A stretch of DNA of 64,000 nt from IMG/VR virus record IMGVR_UViG_3300027970_000006; one strand, given 5' to 3'. This stretch comes from a virus. Positions 1 through 9,461 of the stretch are shown here, in pieces; position 1 is the first letter of the stretch; every line of letters starts with the position of its first letter. The position numbers and the translations under genes were made by a program. Below the pieces are notes generated by a model. That model was not told where the DNA came from and ran no database searches. It was given only the letters and a program-made list of their open reading frames with translations.

Positions 1-177
1 GGAAATTATAAGTGTTATATTGAAACAAAATTTCAATTTCCATACGAACAAACATTAATGAGCCATTGTTTTAAAGAAACAATAAAGGGTAGAATTAGTA
101 GTGGGGTTTTACTTATGACACCAACTGAACACGACAGGTTTGATTTCTACGAAGGTAGTTTAAGAAAAGAATTTTAA
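1..177 (+). CDS. C-terminal fragment of an upstream protein (GNYKCYIETKFQFPYEQTLMSH...RKEF*), function unknown
   Basis: Open frame 1 from the window edge to TAA at 175-177; translated manually, not in the ORF track. Confidence 0.7.
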   Translation, partial: GNYKCYIETKFQFPYEQTLMSHCFKETIKGRISSGVLLMTPTEHDRFDFYEGSLRKEF

Positions 178-183
178 TTCAAG

Positions 184-190
184 TATTTAT
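184..190 (+). promoter_or_regulatory. TATTTAT putative late promoter (representative copy; see findings for the full list)
   Basis: Recurs in the sense orientation upstream of about 19 genes. Confidence 0.65.
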
Positions 191-205
191 TGAAAAATAA
201 CTTGA

Positions 206-1246
206 ATGGAGTTTTTCATTAAAAAGGGGGCAACTCTTCCTGTATTAAAAATAAATGTAATAAAAGACGGACGAAGTGACTACGATAGAACTATGCGGTT
301 TTTAGAAGAAACTGACATATTTTTTTCTATGGTAAACACAGAAACAGGTATTCCAAAATTTACTACCAGACCTGCGGGTGTGATGAAAAAAGAACAAATT
401 GATCCGACATTAGAACCTGAATACTATGTTTATTATCAATTTACACCAAAAGACACGAAAAGTGTTGGTAGATATCAAGGTCAATTTTTATTCAGAAATG
501 AAACAGGAATTTTAACATTACCACTAAATCAAAACATATTTGTAAACGTAACGGATAGTTTTATAATAAATGATTATGAATATCAAAGTTGTTATGTTGT
601 AGATTTTCCTTGTTGTAAATCACAACCTTTACCACCACCAATTCCTCCAATACCAACAACTACCACATCAACCATAGCACCAACTACAACATCAACCACT
701 TCAATAAATGTTACAACAACATCTACAACCTTAGGTCCTGAACCAACAGGTTATACTGAGTGGGTTGTGTCATTTGGGTCGGGTAGTGTTAATAACGCTT
801 GTTCACAAACTGGTCAATTTGTAACCGCATATACACCTGTAATGTCGGCTTTAACAATTGGTCAAACTCTTTGGGCGACACCAAGTTTTGACACTTATTC
901 TTTTGCGACTAATGGCGGTTGGTTTAAAGTTTTAAAAAGAAATGGATTACCTTACTCACCAAATACAGTAGTGTATGTTGGTGCGTATAGTTTATTATTC
1001 GGTAATTATACTCAAGTGATTTATTCCCATGAGTGTGGAACTTCATTTCCTTGTAAATGTTTTACATATACTAAAACACAAAATAATGTGTTTAATTCGC
1101 GATATGTGAATTGTAATGGTAATGGTACTGCAATAACTTTACCATTTAATGGATCTCAAACTTTCTGTGCCGCCTTTACACAACCATATGACTACATAAG
1201 TGTTTCGGGAGGAAATAACAATTGTGTTAATGGAGTTTGTCCTTAA
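206..1246 (+). CDS. Virion fibre/decoration protein: BppU-like N-terminal domain, Pro/Thr-rich linker, Cys-rich C-terminal domain
   Basis: N-terminus MEFFIKKGATLPVLK...YYQFTPKDTKSVGRYQGQF resembles BppU-type baseplate-upper domains; PPPIPPIPTTTTST linker; TATTTAT upstream. Confidence 0.6.
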   Translation: MEFFIKKGATLPVLKINVIKDGRSDYDRTMRFLEETDIFFSMVNTETGIPKFTTRPAGVMKKEQIDPTLEPEYYVYYQFTPKDTKSVGRYQGQFLFRNETGILTLPLNQNIFVNVTDSFIINDYEYQSCYVVDFPCCKSQPLPPPIPPIPTTTTSTIAPTTTSTTSINVTTTSTTLGPEPTGYTEWVVSFGSGSVNNACSQTGQFVTAYTPVMSALTIGQTLWATPSFDTYSFATNGGWFKVLKRNGLPYSPNTVVYVGAYSLLFGNYTQVIYSHECGTSFPCKCFTYTKTQNNVFNSRYVNCNGNGTAITLPFNGSQTFCAAFTQPYDYISVSGGNNNCVNGVCP

Positions 1247-1284
1247 TTAAAATCGCAACTAAGGTATTTATAAAGAAAGTATAG

Positions 1285-2505
1285 ATGGAGTTTACTATCG
1301 GTCAGAATTCAAATTTGCCATTATTGAAGTTACAAGTCGTAAAAGACGGTATAAGTAATTACGAGTCTATGATGAGTTTTATTGAGACTTCATCAATATT
1401 TTTTTCTATGTCGGACACCGAAACTGGTGTTTTAAAAATCAATTCCGAAGCGGCAAGTTTTGTTGAGAAAATGGAAATGAATCCAAATGCAAGTCCTGAA
1501 TTTTATGTGTATTACAGATTTACTCCACAAGACACAAGTAAACCAGGTCGTTATGAAGGTCAATTTGTATTTATAAATGAAACAGGGACACTTGTTTTAC
1601 CGATTAGAGAAAGGTTATTCATTAATGTTGTTGAAAGTTATTTATCAAATGATCTTCCTTATAATAATTGTTATGTTTTAGATTATAATTGTTGTATAAC
1701 TCCATTCCCAACACCAACCCCAACTCAGACCCCATATCCTGTATTAAGTAATACACCAACCCCTACACCAACATCAACCGTTACTCCTACCGTTACTCCT
1801 ACCGTTACGCCAACTAATACCGTTACGCCAACTAATACTCCAACTAATACTCCAACTAATACCGTTACACCAACTAATACACCAACTAATACACCAACAC
1901 CCACAGTAACTCCAACATTAACTCCGACAAATACCCCTACGGTAACACCTACAAACACACCAACTAACACCCCTACGGTAACACCTACAAACACTGTAAC
2001 CCCTACGGTAACACCTACAAACACTGTAACCCCTACGGTAACACCTACAAACACTGTAACCCCCACAATTACACCTACAAATACCCCCACTCCAACAGTA
2101 ACACCTACACAACAGTTTGGTTATATGAACGTAAAAGTTGCTTTAGACCCATTATCTTTATCTCAACCATATAGTATTTATTACGCGATCAATCCTTCTT
2201 TCATATCAACACAACCTTTTCCAACAGGATTGACGTGGAACCTATTAAATACTCAATCAGCAACAACTTGTCCTACTTTGACAAGTTTTGGATTGATACA
2301 GATTCCTATTGGGAATGTGTTGTATTTTCATTTAAGAGATAGTCTTGGTACTACGGTTTATCAGACTTCTGGTGGCGTTTTTGGTAATGATCCATGTGTT
2401 TCATCATTTGATTTTTATACCCATAATTTCTCTTTTGGGGGGCCGGGAACATTTGATTACGGTCTAAGGTTAATTTATCCACCATCAGGAGTCCCTTACC
2501 CTTAA
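1285..2505 (+). CDS. Paralog of 206..1246: BppU-like N-domain, long TPT(N/V) mucin-like linker, distinct C-terminal domain
   Basis: First ~135 aa clearly similar to the previous gene ([12 protein letters not shown]; [19 protein letters not shown]; CYVLDYNCC). Confidence 0.65.
   Translation: MEFTIGQNSNLPLLKLQVVKDGISNYESMMSFIETSSIFFSMSDTETGVLKINSEAASFVEKMEMNPNASPEFYVYYRFTPQDTSKPGRYEGQFVFINETGTLVLPIRERLFINVVESYLSNDLPYNNCYVLDYNCCITPFPTPTPTQTPYPVLSNTPTPTPTSTVTPTVTPTVTPTNTVTPTNTPTNTPTNTVTPTNTPTNTPTPTVTPTLTPTNTPTVTPTNTPTNTPTVTPTNTVTPTVTPTNTVTPTVTPTNTVTPTITPTNTPTPTVTPTQQFGYMNVKVALDPLSLSQPYSIYYAINPSFISTQPFPTGLTWNLLNTQSATTCPTLTSFGLIQIPIGNVLYFHLRDSLGTTVYQTSGGVFGNDPCVSSFDFYTHNFSFGGPGTFDYGLRLIYPPSGVPYP
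1705..2110 (+). repeat. Coding tandem repeats encoding TPTN/TPTV (12-bp units and a 30-bp unit acacctacaaacactgtaacccctacggta)
   Basis: Perfect 30-bp copies at 1981-2010 and 2011-2040, a partial third copy, and ccaactaatac(t/a) units at about 1810-1895. Confidence 0.9.
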
Positions 2506-2519
2506 TTTTTTATTTTTAG

Positions 2520-2551
2520 TTGATAAGAGTAAATTTTACTTCTATATTTAT
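2520..2551 (+). promoter_or_regulatory. Sigma70-like promoter TTGATA-N17-TATATT overlapping a TATTTAT motif, upstream of the DNA polymerase gene
   Basis: TTGATA 2520-2525, TATATT 2543-2548, TATTTAT 2545-2551. Confidence 0.55.
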
Positions 2552-2607
2552 TTACGAAGGTAAATGCCGACCTTATTCGGTAGCTAATACACCAAAAGTA
2601 AATAATT

Positions 2608-5424
2608 ATGATATCACAAGAAGAAATTGAAAATTTCCTACAAGGAAACGACGCAGAAGAATATATCGTATCAGTAGAATATGATTATGTATCCGACAAA
2701 ATTTTTAAAATAAAAGAAGTTCCTGGAAAAGGAAAACAAATACAAAAAGATAGTCTCATATCTTTTGCATGGGTCGGAGATTTAAAAAATCTAAACTTTT
2801 ATTCAAAATCAAAAGCAGTACAAAAAGAAGCCATGTCAAAACATGGGATCATTATTGAAAAACTCAGAACCGATGGGAACGAAAGGTTAGAGAATGGTTT
2901 AACATTTATGGTCAAATCAACAAAAGGTTATAGAAATTTAATTCAGTTTTTTAGAGAAGGTGGAGTTGATCCGTGGGGTGAAAACGTTAAAGATCTTATA
3001 ATGGTATTACCCCCCGTTGAGCAATACCTCATCTCAAAAGAAAAGAGATTATTCAAAGGATTTGAGGATTACAACGATATCACAAGAATGGTATTTGACC
3101 TTGAGACCACATCTTTAGAACCTAAAGATGGTAGAATATTCATGATTGGGATTAAAACAAACAGAGGGTTCAAAAAAGTAATTGAATGTACCAATGAAGA
3201 TGAAGAAAGAAGGGGTATCACTGAATTCTTTCGTATTATTGAAGAACAAAAACCATCCATTCTTTCAGGGTATAACTCATTTAACTTTGACTGGCATTGG
3301 ATTTATGAAAGATGTAAACTCTTAAACCTTGATATTAAAAAAATTGCCAAATCATTAAATCCCCAAAAATCTATTTCACAAAAAGATTCCATGTTGAAAT
3401 TAGCAAATGAGGTTGAAAAGTTTACTCAAACTCAAATGTGGGGTTATAACATTATTGATATTCTACATTCAGTTCGTCGTGCTCAAGCGATTAACTCAAA
3501 CATCAAAGAAGCTGGTTTGAAGTATATTACCAAATATATTGAAGCAGAATCTTCGGATCGTATTTACGTTGATCATGATAAAATTGGATCTATGTATCGT
3601 GATAAAGAAGACTATTGGTTAAATATTGAAAATGGTAAATATAAAAAAGTTGGTGTTGATTCTAAAATTGATGATATTTGTTCAAGACATTCAAATGTTT
3701 ATATTAAAACAACAGGGGACGACATTATTGAGCGTTATCTTGACGATGACTTAGAAGAAACTCTTTTGGTTGACGAGGAATTCAATCAAGGTTCATTCTT
3801 GTTGGCGTCACTTCTTCCAACAACTTATGAACGAGTTTCAACAATGGGGACAGCGACTCTTTGGAAAATGTTGATGTTAGCTTGGTCTTATAAACATGGA
3901 CTTTCAATACCATCCAAAAACGACAAAGGGAACTTCGTAGGTGGACTTTCTCGTCTGATTAGAACAGGATACTCAAAGAACGTATTAAAACTTGACTACT
4001 CGTCTCTATACCCATCTATTCAGTTGGTTCATGATGTATTTCCTGAGTGTGATGTAACAGGTGCGATGAAAGGTCTATTATCATACTTTCGTAATACTCG
4101 TATCAAATACAAACAATTAGCTGAGGAATATGCGTCTATTGATAAAAAGAAATCAACTTCTTATGACCGTAAACAATTACCAATTAAGATCTTTATTAAC
4201 TCCATGTTTGGGGCTTTGTCTGCACCACAAGTATTTCATTGGGGTGATATGGATAAAGGGGAAATGATTACTTGTACTGGTCGTCAGTACCTTAGAATGA
4301 TGATTAACTTCTTTATGGATCGTGGTTACACACCACTCGTAATGGACACGGACGGTATTAACTTTTCGGTTCCTGAAGGTGTTGAAGAAAGACGATATGT
4401 TGGTAAAGGTCTTAATTGGAAAGTAGTTGATGGTAAAGAATATATTGGTGAAGAGGCAGATGTTATGGAGTTTAATGATCTTGCAATGAGAGGTGAAATG
4501 GCTCTTGACACCGATGGACAATGGCCGGCATGTATTAACTTGGCACGAAAAAACTACGCTCTTATTACCGCAAAAGGTAAAATTAAACTTACAGGAAACT
4601 CAATCAAGTCTAAGAAAATGCCAATCTACATTGAGAAGTTTTTAGATAAGGGGATCAAATTACTTCTTGATGGTAAAGGTCAAGAGTTTGTAGAGTGGTA
4701 TTATGAATACGTACAACAGATATTTGACCTACAAATTCCTTTAATGGATATTGCAAACAAAGCAAAAGTGAAACAAAGTATTGATGATTATATTATTCGT
4801 AGTAAACAAACAACAAAGGCTGGAAGTTTAATGTCTCGTCAAGCACATATGGAACTTGCAATTAAAGAAGGTCTTAATGTAAATCTTGGTGATGTAATAT
4901 TCTACGTAAACAACGGAACTAAAGCGTCACACGGAGATGTTCAAAAAGTGAATAAACCAAAGAAAGGTTGGTCTCAAGAACATGTTAACACTTACGGAGG
5001 ACCAGTTCCTGATTCATTAGAGTCAATCATCCAACTTAATTGTTATAGAATTGACCCATCTGACTTAGAAAACAACCCAACTATGAAAGGTCAATACAAT
5101 ATCCAACGAGCAATTGCAACATTTAATAAAAGAGTTGAGCCATTACTTGTGGTGTTTAAACAAGAAGTTAGAAACAACTTGTTGGTTAAAAATCCTGAAG
5201 ACAGACCATTTTTTACTAAAGTTCAATGTGAATTAATTAACGGACAACCATTTGATGAAGGTGATCAAGATAAGTTAGAAGATGTTATGGAAATATCAGA
5301 TGAAGAAATGTTGTTTTGGAACAGGGTTAATGAAACTCCATTTCATATGTATAAGTTGGCGGATGAAAGTATGTTAAAATACGTTCCTGAAAATGAGTTA
5401 ATCAAGTTTCATCCCGTCACTTGA
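2608..5424 (+). CDS. polB: Family B DNA polymerase with 3'-5' exonuclease
   Basis: ExoI FDLETT, ExoII GYNSFNFD, region II LDYSSLYPS, region III KIFINSMFG, region I MDTDG. Confidence 0.96.
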   Translation: MISQEEIENFLQGNDAEEYIVSVEYDYVSDKIFKIKEVPGKGKQIQKDSLISFAWVGDLKNLNFYSKSKAVQKEAMSKHGIIIEKLRTDGNERLENGLTFMVKSTKGYRNLIQFFREGGVDPWGENVKDLIMVLPPVEQYLISKEKRLFKGFEDYNDITRMVFDLETTSLEPKDGRIFMIGIKTNRGFKKVIECTNEDEERRGITEFFRIIEEQKPSILSGYNSFNFDWHWIYERCKLLNLDIKKIAKSLNPQKSISQKDSMLKLANEVEKFTQTQMWGYNIIDILHSVRRAQAINSNIKEAGLKYITKYIEAESSDRIYVDHDKIGSMYRDKEDYWLNIENGKYKKVGVDSKIDDICSRHSNVYIKTTGDDIIERYLDDDLEETLLVDEEFNQGSFLLASLLPTTYERVSTMGTATLWKMLMLAWSYKHGLSIPSKNDKGNFVGGLSRLIRTGYSKNVLKLDYSSLYPSIQLVHDVFPECDVTGAMKGLLSYFRNTRIKYKQLAEEYASIDKKKSTSYDRKQLPIKIFINSMFGALSAPQVFHWGDMDKGEMITCTGRQYLRMMINFFMDRGYTPLVMDTDGINFSVPEGVEERRYVGKGLNWKVVDGKEYIGEEADVMEFNDLAMRGEMALDTDGQWPACINLARKNYALITAKGKIKLTGNSIKSKKMPIYIEKFLDKGIKLLLDGKGQEFVEWYYEYVQQIFDLQIPLMDIANKAKVKQSIDDYIIRSKQTTKAGSLMSRQAHMELAIKEGLNVNLGDVIFYVNNGTKASHGDVQKVNKPKKGWSQEHVNTYGGPVPDSLESIIQLNCYRIDPSDLENNPTMKGQYNIQRAIATFNKRVEPLLVVFKQEVRNNLLVKNPEDRPFFTKVQCELINGQPFDEGDQDKLEDVMEISDEEMLFWNRVNETPFHMYKLADESMLKYVPENELIKFHPVT

Positions 5425-5745
5425 TAAGATATACCACACTCCTTGTATGTTTTTAAGTTCTATACAAGCGCCACGCCCAATGTTAATTTCATCCCAATCA
5501 TCATCAATTCTCCCAACATCAGGAATTATTGAGCAATTAGTTAAAGATTTTATTGTGATTTTATCTGTTGTGGTTGAGTTTAATTTTATCTTACATTGAC
5601 TAACATCTCGTACTAATAACAAATTTTCGCCATTAGTCGTATAAACGGATTCACTAACGACAATTGTGTCAAAAGTATTTAGGTTTATAGACCTTCCCCC
5701 TCTAAATACCGTTTTTCTAATTGGTGATTCTCTATGTATTGCCAT
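5398..5745 (-). CDS. Small beta-rich hypothetical (likely structural) protein
   Basis: 115-aa ORF directly downstream of the neck gene; overlaps the convergent polymerase 3' end by 27 bp. Confidence 0.7.
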   Translation of the reverse strand: MAIHRESPIRKTVFRGGRSINLNTFDTIVVSESVYTTNGENLLLVRDVSQCKIKLNSTTTDKITIKSLTNCSIIPDVGRIDDDWDEINIGRGACIELKNIQGVWYILSSDGMKLD

Positions 5746-5750
5746 AAAAA

Positions 5751-6878
5751 TTAAATTACATATATTTGACGAGGCATTGCTCTAAACTTTAATTGTTTGT
5801 TAAGATTTTCAGCCAACAAAGCTTCTCTCTCCATTATTTTTTCAGGACGAAGTCTTGTAAGTCTGCCATCAGCACCAATAAGTTCATCAATCAATTTAGT
5901 TTTTTCATCTTTAGCTTCGGTTGATAAAGATGCGTAATCCATTTGTAAATCACCATCAGGAGCTTTTAAATTACCACTAAACTTACCACGAACTCTTGCC
6001 AACGTTTCTTTACAATATGCGGTAAACCATCTTCTAACCCAAACTTGAGCGGGGTTATTTAGTTTATACCAACTAATTTTATCGTATGGAACATCTGAAG
6101 GTAATAAAATAATATCAGGATTATCTGCCAAACACTTATCTCTATCTCCTTGTGAAGTATCATAATACCAATACCAAACTTGTCCTTTTGATAATTCTGC
6201 GTTTCCAAAATCAAATTTACCCCCCGGTGTGTTTAGAAGGTGTAACGCTTTTTTTCCACCAGGAAGTGCGGTAATATAATAAGTTAAATCTCCTGCGTAT
6301 ATTCTTCTTTGGATGTTAACTTCTTGCATTCTTAATAGGGTGTCAAACGCTGGTGTTAAATAATAACTTCCTGCCATATTACCAATCTGAGCAAGACCTC
6401 CTCCACCTCCAAGACCTGTTCCAATTCCAACACCAGCAAAACCTCCTAAACCAAACATTAGGTTGTTTAACGTTGATGGTGTAAACCATAAAACCTCATT
6501 TATTTCACGACCTGCCGGTATTTCATATATTTGTTGGTTAGGAACTAACTGAATGTAATCTTTTTTAATTTCCCAGTCACCTCCGGCTTGTAGACCAACT
6601 ATTTTAGAATATGCGTATGTGTATCTTGTTTCAAAATCTAAACTTTTTGTGATAAATGCTCTTGATAGAGATTGTGTGTCTAGATTTAAATTATAAAGTG
6701 ATGTCCATTGTGATTCTGTTAACCAATCTTGAACATATTGCGAATATTCGTCAATGGAATATTCCAACAAAGTATCCATCATTTCATCTTCTAATTCAAC
6801 AGATCTAAGAGGTGCCCCCAATAAATGTCTTACCTTTTGATAGAATTGACTTCTTTCTGGTTCATTAATAATTGCCAT
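5751..6878 (-). CDS. Neck / head-tail adaptor protein (T4 gp13-like)
   Basis: LLGAPLRSVELEDEMMD N-terminal motif, Gly-rich internal loop, KETLARVRGKF C-terminal motif. Confidence 0.75.
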   Translation of the reverse strand: MAIINEPERSQFYQKVRHLLGAPLRSVELEDEMMDTLLEYSIDEYSQYVQDWLTESQWTSLYNLNLDTQSLSRAFITKSLDFETRYTYAYSKIVGLQAGGDWEIKKDYIQLVPNQQIYEIPAGREINEVLWFTPSTLNNLMFGLGGFAGVGIGTGLGGGGGLAQIGNMAGSYYLTPAFDTLLRMQEVNIQRRIYAGDLTYYITALPGGKKALHLLNTPGGKFDFGNAELSKGQVWYWYYDTSQGDRDKCLADNPDIILLPSDVPYDKISWYKLNNPAQVWVRRWFTAYCKETLARVRGKFSGNLKAPDGDLQMDYASLSTEAKDEKTKLIDELIGADGRLTRLRPEKIMEREALLAENLNKQLKFRAMPRQIYVI

Positions 6879-6907
6879 AGGAGTTTTCTTTATAAATATC
6901 TTAAAAT

Positions 6908-9007
6908 TTATTTAAGTACTTGTTGAATATCCATTTTAAATCTGTCGTTCTTTGATAACTTATTAATGATATCTTGAGGAATATTATCCCCCAACTTATT
7001 AACACCGTATTGTGATCCTAATTGATTGAATAAATCTAATATTTCTTTTGTTTTTTCGTCACCAAGCAAAAAAGATGTATATTCTTCATCAGAGATTATT
7101 GGAAATTTTATTGATCCTTTTGTTGGTGCAGTGTCAGAGTCAGTTAATTTCAATACTTTAGTTGAAAATCTAATTTGTTTTGACCCTTTGGTTTTTGGGT
7201 TTACGGTCATTCCCGGTGTTTTTATTATGTTTTTTAATTTTTCTTTATCATAATAAAATAAAACTATTTTAAAATCTTCTTGAGGTATTCCAAGTAACAT
7301 TCCATCAACATCTTTTAACAAATAATCTATTAAGTCTTCTGCAATATTTTTAAAATCTTGATTTGTGCTATTGATAAGATAACTTATTGGGTTTGGGGTA
7401 TTGGACATTAAAATAAGTTCTTTTTTATTTTCATCACTTCCTGTGTAGTTGTTTATATATTCACCTAAAGAATAATTAACACCTTTAAGAACAACAGACT
7501 CATTTAAATCTCTAATAATTTTACAAGAAATTTTTTCAGATTGTGGAGTAATAATATCATATGGGGTATTTAATCCTTCAGATATTGTCCCCCCTAATAA
7601 ACCAGATATTAATCCCTCAAATTCAAACCCTCTAACCCTACTTCTGTAAAATCTACTATAATAGTTATTAAACCTAAATCTTGATCTTTCTGATACTGTA
7701 TTTAAATCCAAAGTCATAAGTCCATTTATGGTTCTATCAAAATTCAAATTACCCCTTTCAATTTCGGCAGTTATAATGTTATTTATTGCAACATTAGCAC
7801 TTTCCATATCTAAAGGAATTAATCTAATTTTTTGTAATTCTTTTTCCATTGTTTGTTTTAAACCCATATTTGTCTCTTCGTTTTCTAATAAAAATTTTAA
7901 ATGAGATTCATTTAATTTCTTTTTTGTTTTTACTTTTGATAGATAAAGTTGATTTACAAAATCCCAATTAACAACATCCCAAAACTTTTGTATGTATTCG
8001 TCTCTTTTGTTTTGGTATTTTAAGTAATAAGCGTGTTCCCAAACATCAAGACCTAAAATTGGATAACCCCCCTTTTTAACAATATTCATTAAAGGGTTAT
8101 CTTGATTTGGTAAAGACATGATTTTTAATTTTCCTTCTTTTGTTAAATATAACCAAGACCACCCTGACCCAAAACGATCTTTGGCGGCTTGATTAAATTT
8201 ATCTTTCATTTTTTTAATGTTCCCAAAATCTTTTTTAATTTTTTCATAAACTTCACCATGAGGTCTTTGTTTTTTGGGAGACAACATTTTCCAAAATAAT
8301 GCGTGATTAAAAGCCCCTCCAGCATTATTTCTAATGACATTATCAAATTTACTAATGGATCTAATGATTTCTTCTAATGTCATATCACCATCTTTATCTT
8401 TAAGTGCTTTGTTTAATTTATCAACATAACCTTTATAATGTTTTTTGTAATGAACATTCATTGTTTTTGTATCAATAAATCTAGATAAAGACGAATATGA
8501 ATATGGAAGTTTTTCCACACCTATTGTTTTCATTTCAACCAACAAACTTTCTTTGATTGATGTTTTTTCTGATATTAGTATTTCTTCGTTTAATATATTA
8601 ATTCTTTTTTCAATTCCTTTACCTTCATACATTTTTGGTTCGTAATCTGGATTTTCTTTTTCAAATATCTTAACAATTCTTCCTGCAAATGCGTTTGCTT
8701 CGTCTTCATTTTGACCACCAATGTTTGGTCCGTGTTCTCTTTTTAGAATATCCATTTGATATTCATGAACCCATTCATGCGCTAATGTTCTCATAATATC
8801 TCGGTTCATTCTATCACCAACCAATACTTTTATAACATTATCACCCCTTCTGCTACCTGTAGACATTTCTCCTTTCTTTTGATTTAAAAAAAATATCTTT
8901 AAATCATTTTTTAATGGAAATTCTCGTTGCAAAAGTTTTACAAACTTATTAATAAAGTCAGAATGTTTTTTAAAATCTTTATTTTCGTAACTGAATGATA
9001 CTTTCAT
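6908..9007 (-). CDS. Three-domain fusion: ImmA/IrrE-like HExxH metallopeptidase + Fe/Mn superoxide dismutase + PD-(D/E)xK-like nuclease
   Basis: RTLAHEWVH...EDEANAFAG; SOD motifs LPYSY, HYKKHY, NNAGGAFNHALFW, FGSGW, NQDNP, DVWEHAYY; C-terminal GFEFEGLISGLLGG...PYDI...ISCK. ATG at 9007 preferred to the 9025 start. Confidence 0.85.
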   Translation of the reverse strand: MKVSFSYENKDFKKHSDFINKFVKLLQREFPLKNDLKIFFLNQKKGEMSTGSRRGDNVIKVLVGDRMNRDIMRTLAHEWVHEYQMDILKREHGPNIGGQNEDEANAFAGRIVKIFEKENPDYEPKMYEGKGIEKRINILNEEILISEKTSIKESLLVEMKTIGVEKLPYSYSSLSRFIDTKTMNVHYKKHYKGYVDKLNKALKDKDGDMTLEEIIRSISKFDNVIRNNAGGAFNHALFWKMLSPKKQRPHGEVYEKIKKDFGNIKKMKDKFNQAAKDRFGSGWSWLYLTKEGKLKIMSLPNQDNPLMNIVKKGGYPILGLDVWEHAYYLKYQNKRDEYIQKFWDVVNWDFVNQLYLSKVKTKKKLNESHLKFLLENEETNMGLKQTMEKELQKIRLIPLDMESANVAINNIITAEIERGNLNFDRTINGLMTLDLNTVSERSRFRFNNYYSRFYRSRVRGFEFEGLISGLLGGTISEGLNTPYDIITPQSEKISCKIIRDLNESVVLKGVNYSLGEYINNYTGSDENKKELILMSNTPNPISYLINSTNQDFKNIAEDLIDYLLKDVDGMLLGIPQEDFKIVLFYYDKEKLKNIIKTPGMTVNPKTKGSKQIRFSTKVLKLTDSDTAPTKGSIKFPIISDEEYTSFLLGDEKTKEILDLFNQLGSQYGVNKLGDNIPQDIINKLSKNDRFKMDIQQVLK

Positions 9008-9008
9008 G

Positions 9009-9437
9009 TTAATTTGGAACCTCAAAGAATATAAAATCGGACTCTAAAATATAAGGTCCTAAGTTTGTTATGTATCTTACGGACGCTTTATAATCACCTG
9101 TCATCATAGGTGTATAAAAACTTGAGGTTCCCTCAAAAATAATATCTGAGTTAAAATACCAAGTCCATGTTGTTGATCTTACGGGTATTGGAAATTGGGT
9201 TGGTGTCATTGCAAATAAATTAGTCCCATCGTTCATTATATCTAATCTATTTCCAAAAACTAAAGATAACATCGCATTTTTAAGTTCATCAATTTGACCT
9301 TGTAAATCAACGTCCACTTGATCATTAATTGAGTCCTCTGTGGAAATTTTTGTTTCTAACGATTCGTCTATTGAATCTAATGAATTAAGTTCTTCACTTA
9401 GTCCACTAATCTGATCTTGATTTAATTTTGTTGGCAT
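9009..9437 (-). CDS. Small protein with coiled-coil N-half and Ig-like C-terminal motif; putative decoration/fibre
   Basis: Heptad-like LSEELNSLDSIDESLETKI; WTWY...GT...Y.P...GDY..SV pattern; late motif upstream. Confidence 0.5.
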   Translation of the reverse strand: MPTKLNQDQISGLSEELNSLDSIDESLETKISTEDSINDQVDVDLQGQIDELKNAMLSLVFGNRLDIMNDGTNLFAMTPTQFPIPVRSTTWTWYFNSDIIFEGTSSFYTPMMTGDYKASVRYITNLGPYILESDFIFFEVPN

Positions 9438-9449
9438 AAATTATTTATT

Positions 9450-9461
9450 TATAAATAAATA
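9450..9461 (-). promoter_or_regulatory. TATTTATA putative late promoter for the 9437 gene and the SOD fusion
   Basis: TATAAATAAATA on the + strand just upstream of the minus-strand start. Confidence 0.6.

Noticed and set aside
1971-2070. 30-bp direct repeats as a possible CRISPR array
   Set aside because: Contiguous with no spacers, in frame inside a coding PT linker
1725-2112. Minus-strand ORFs (VGVTVGV..., CRCYRRG...)
   Set aside because: Antisense shadows of the TPT repeat in 1285..2505
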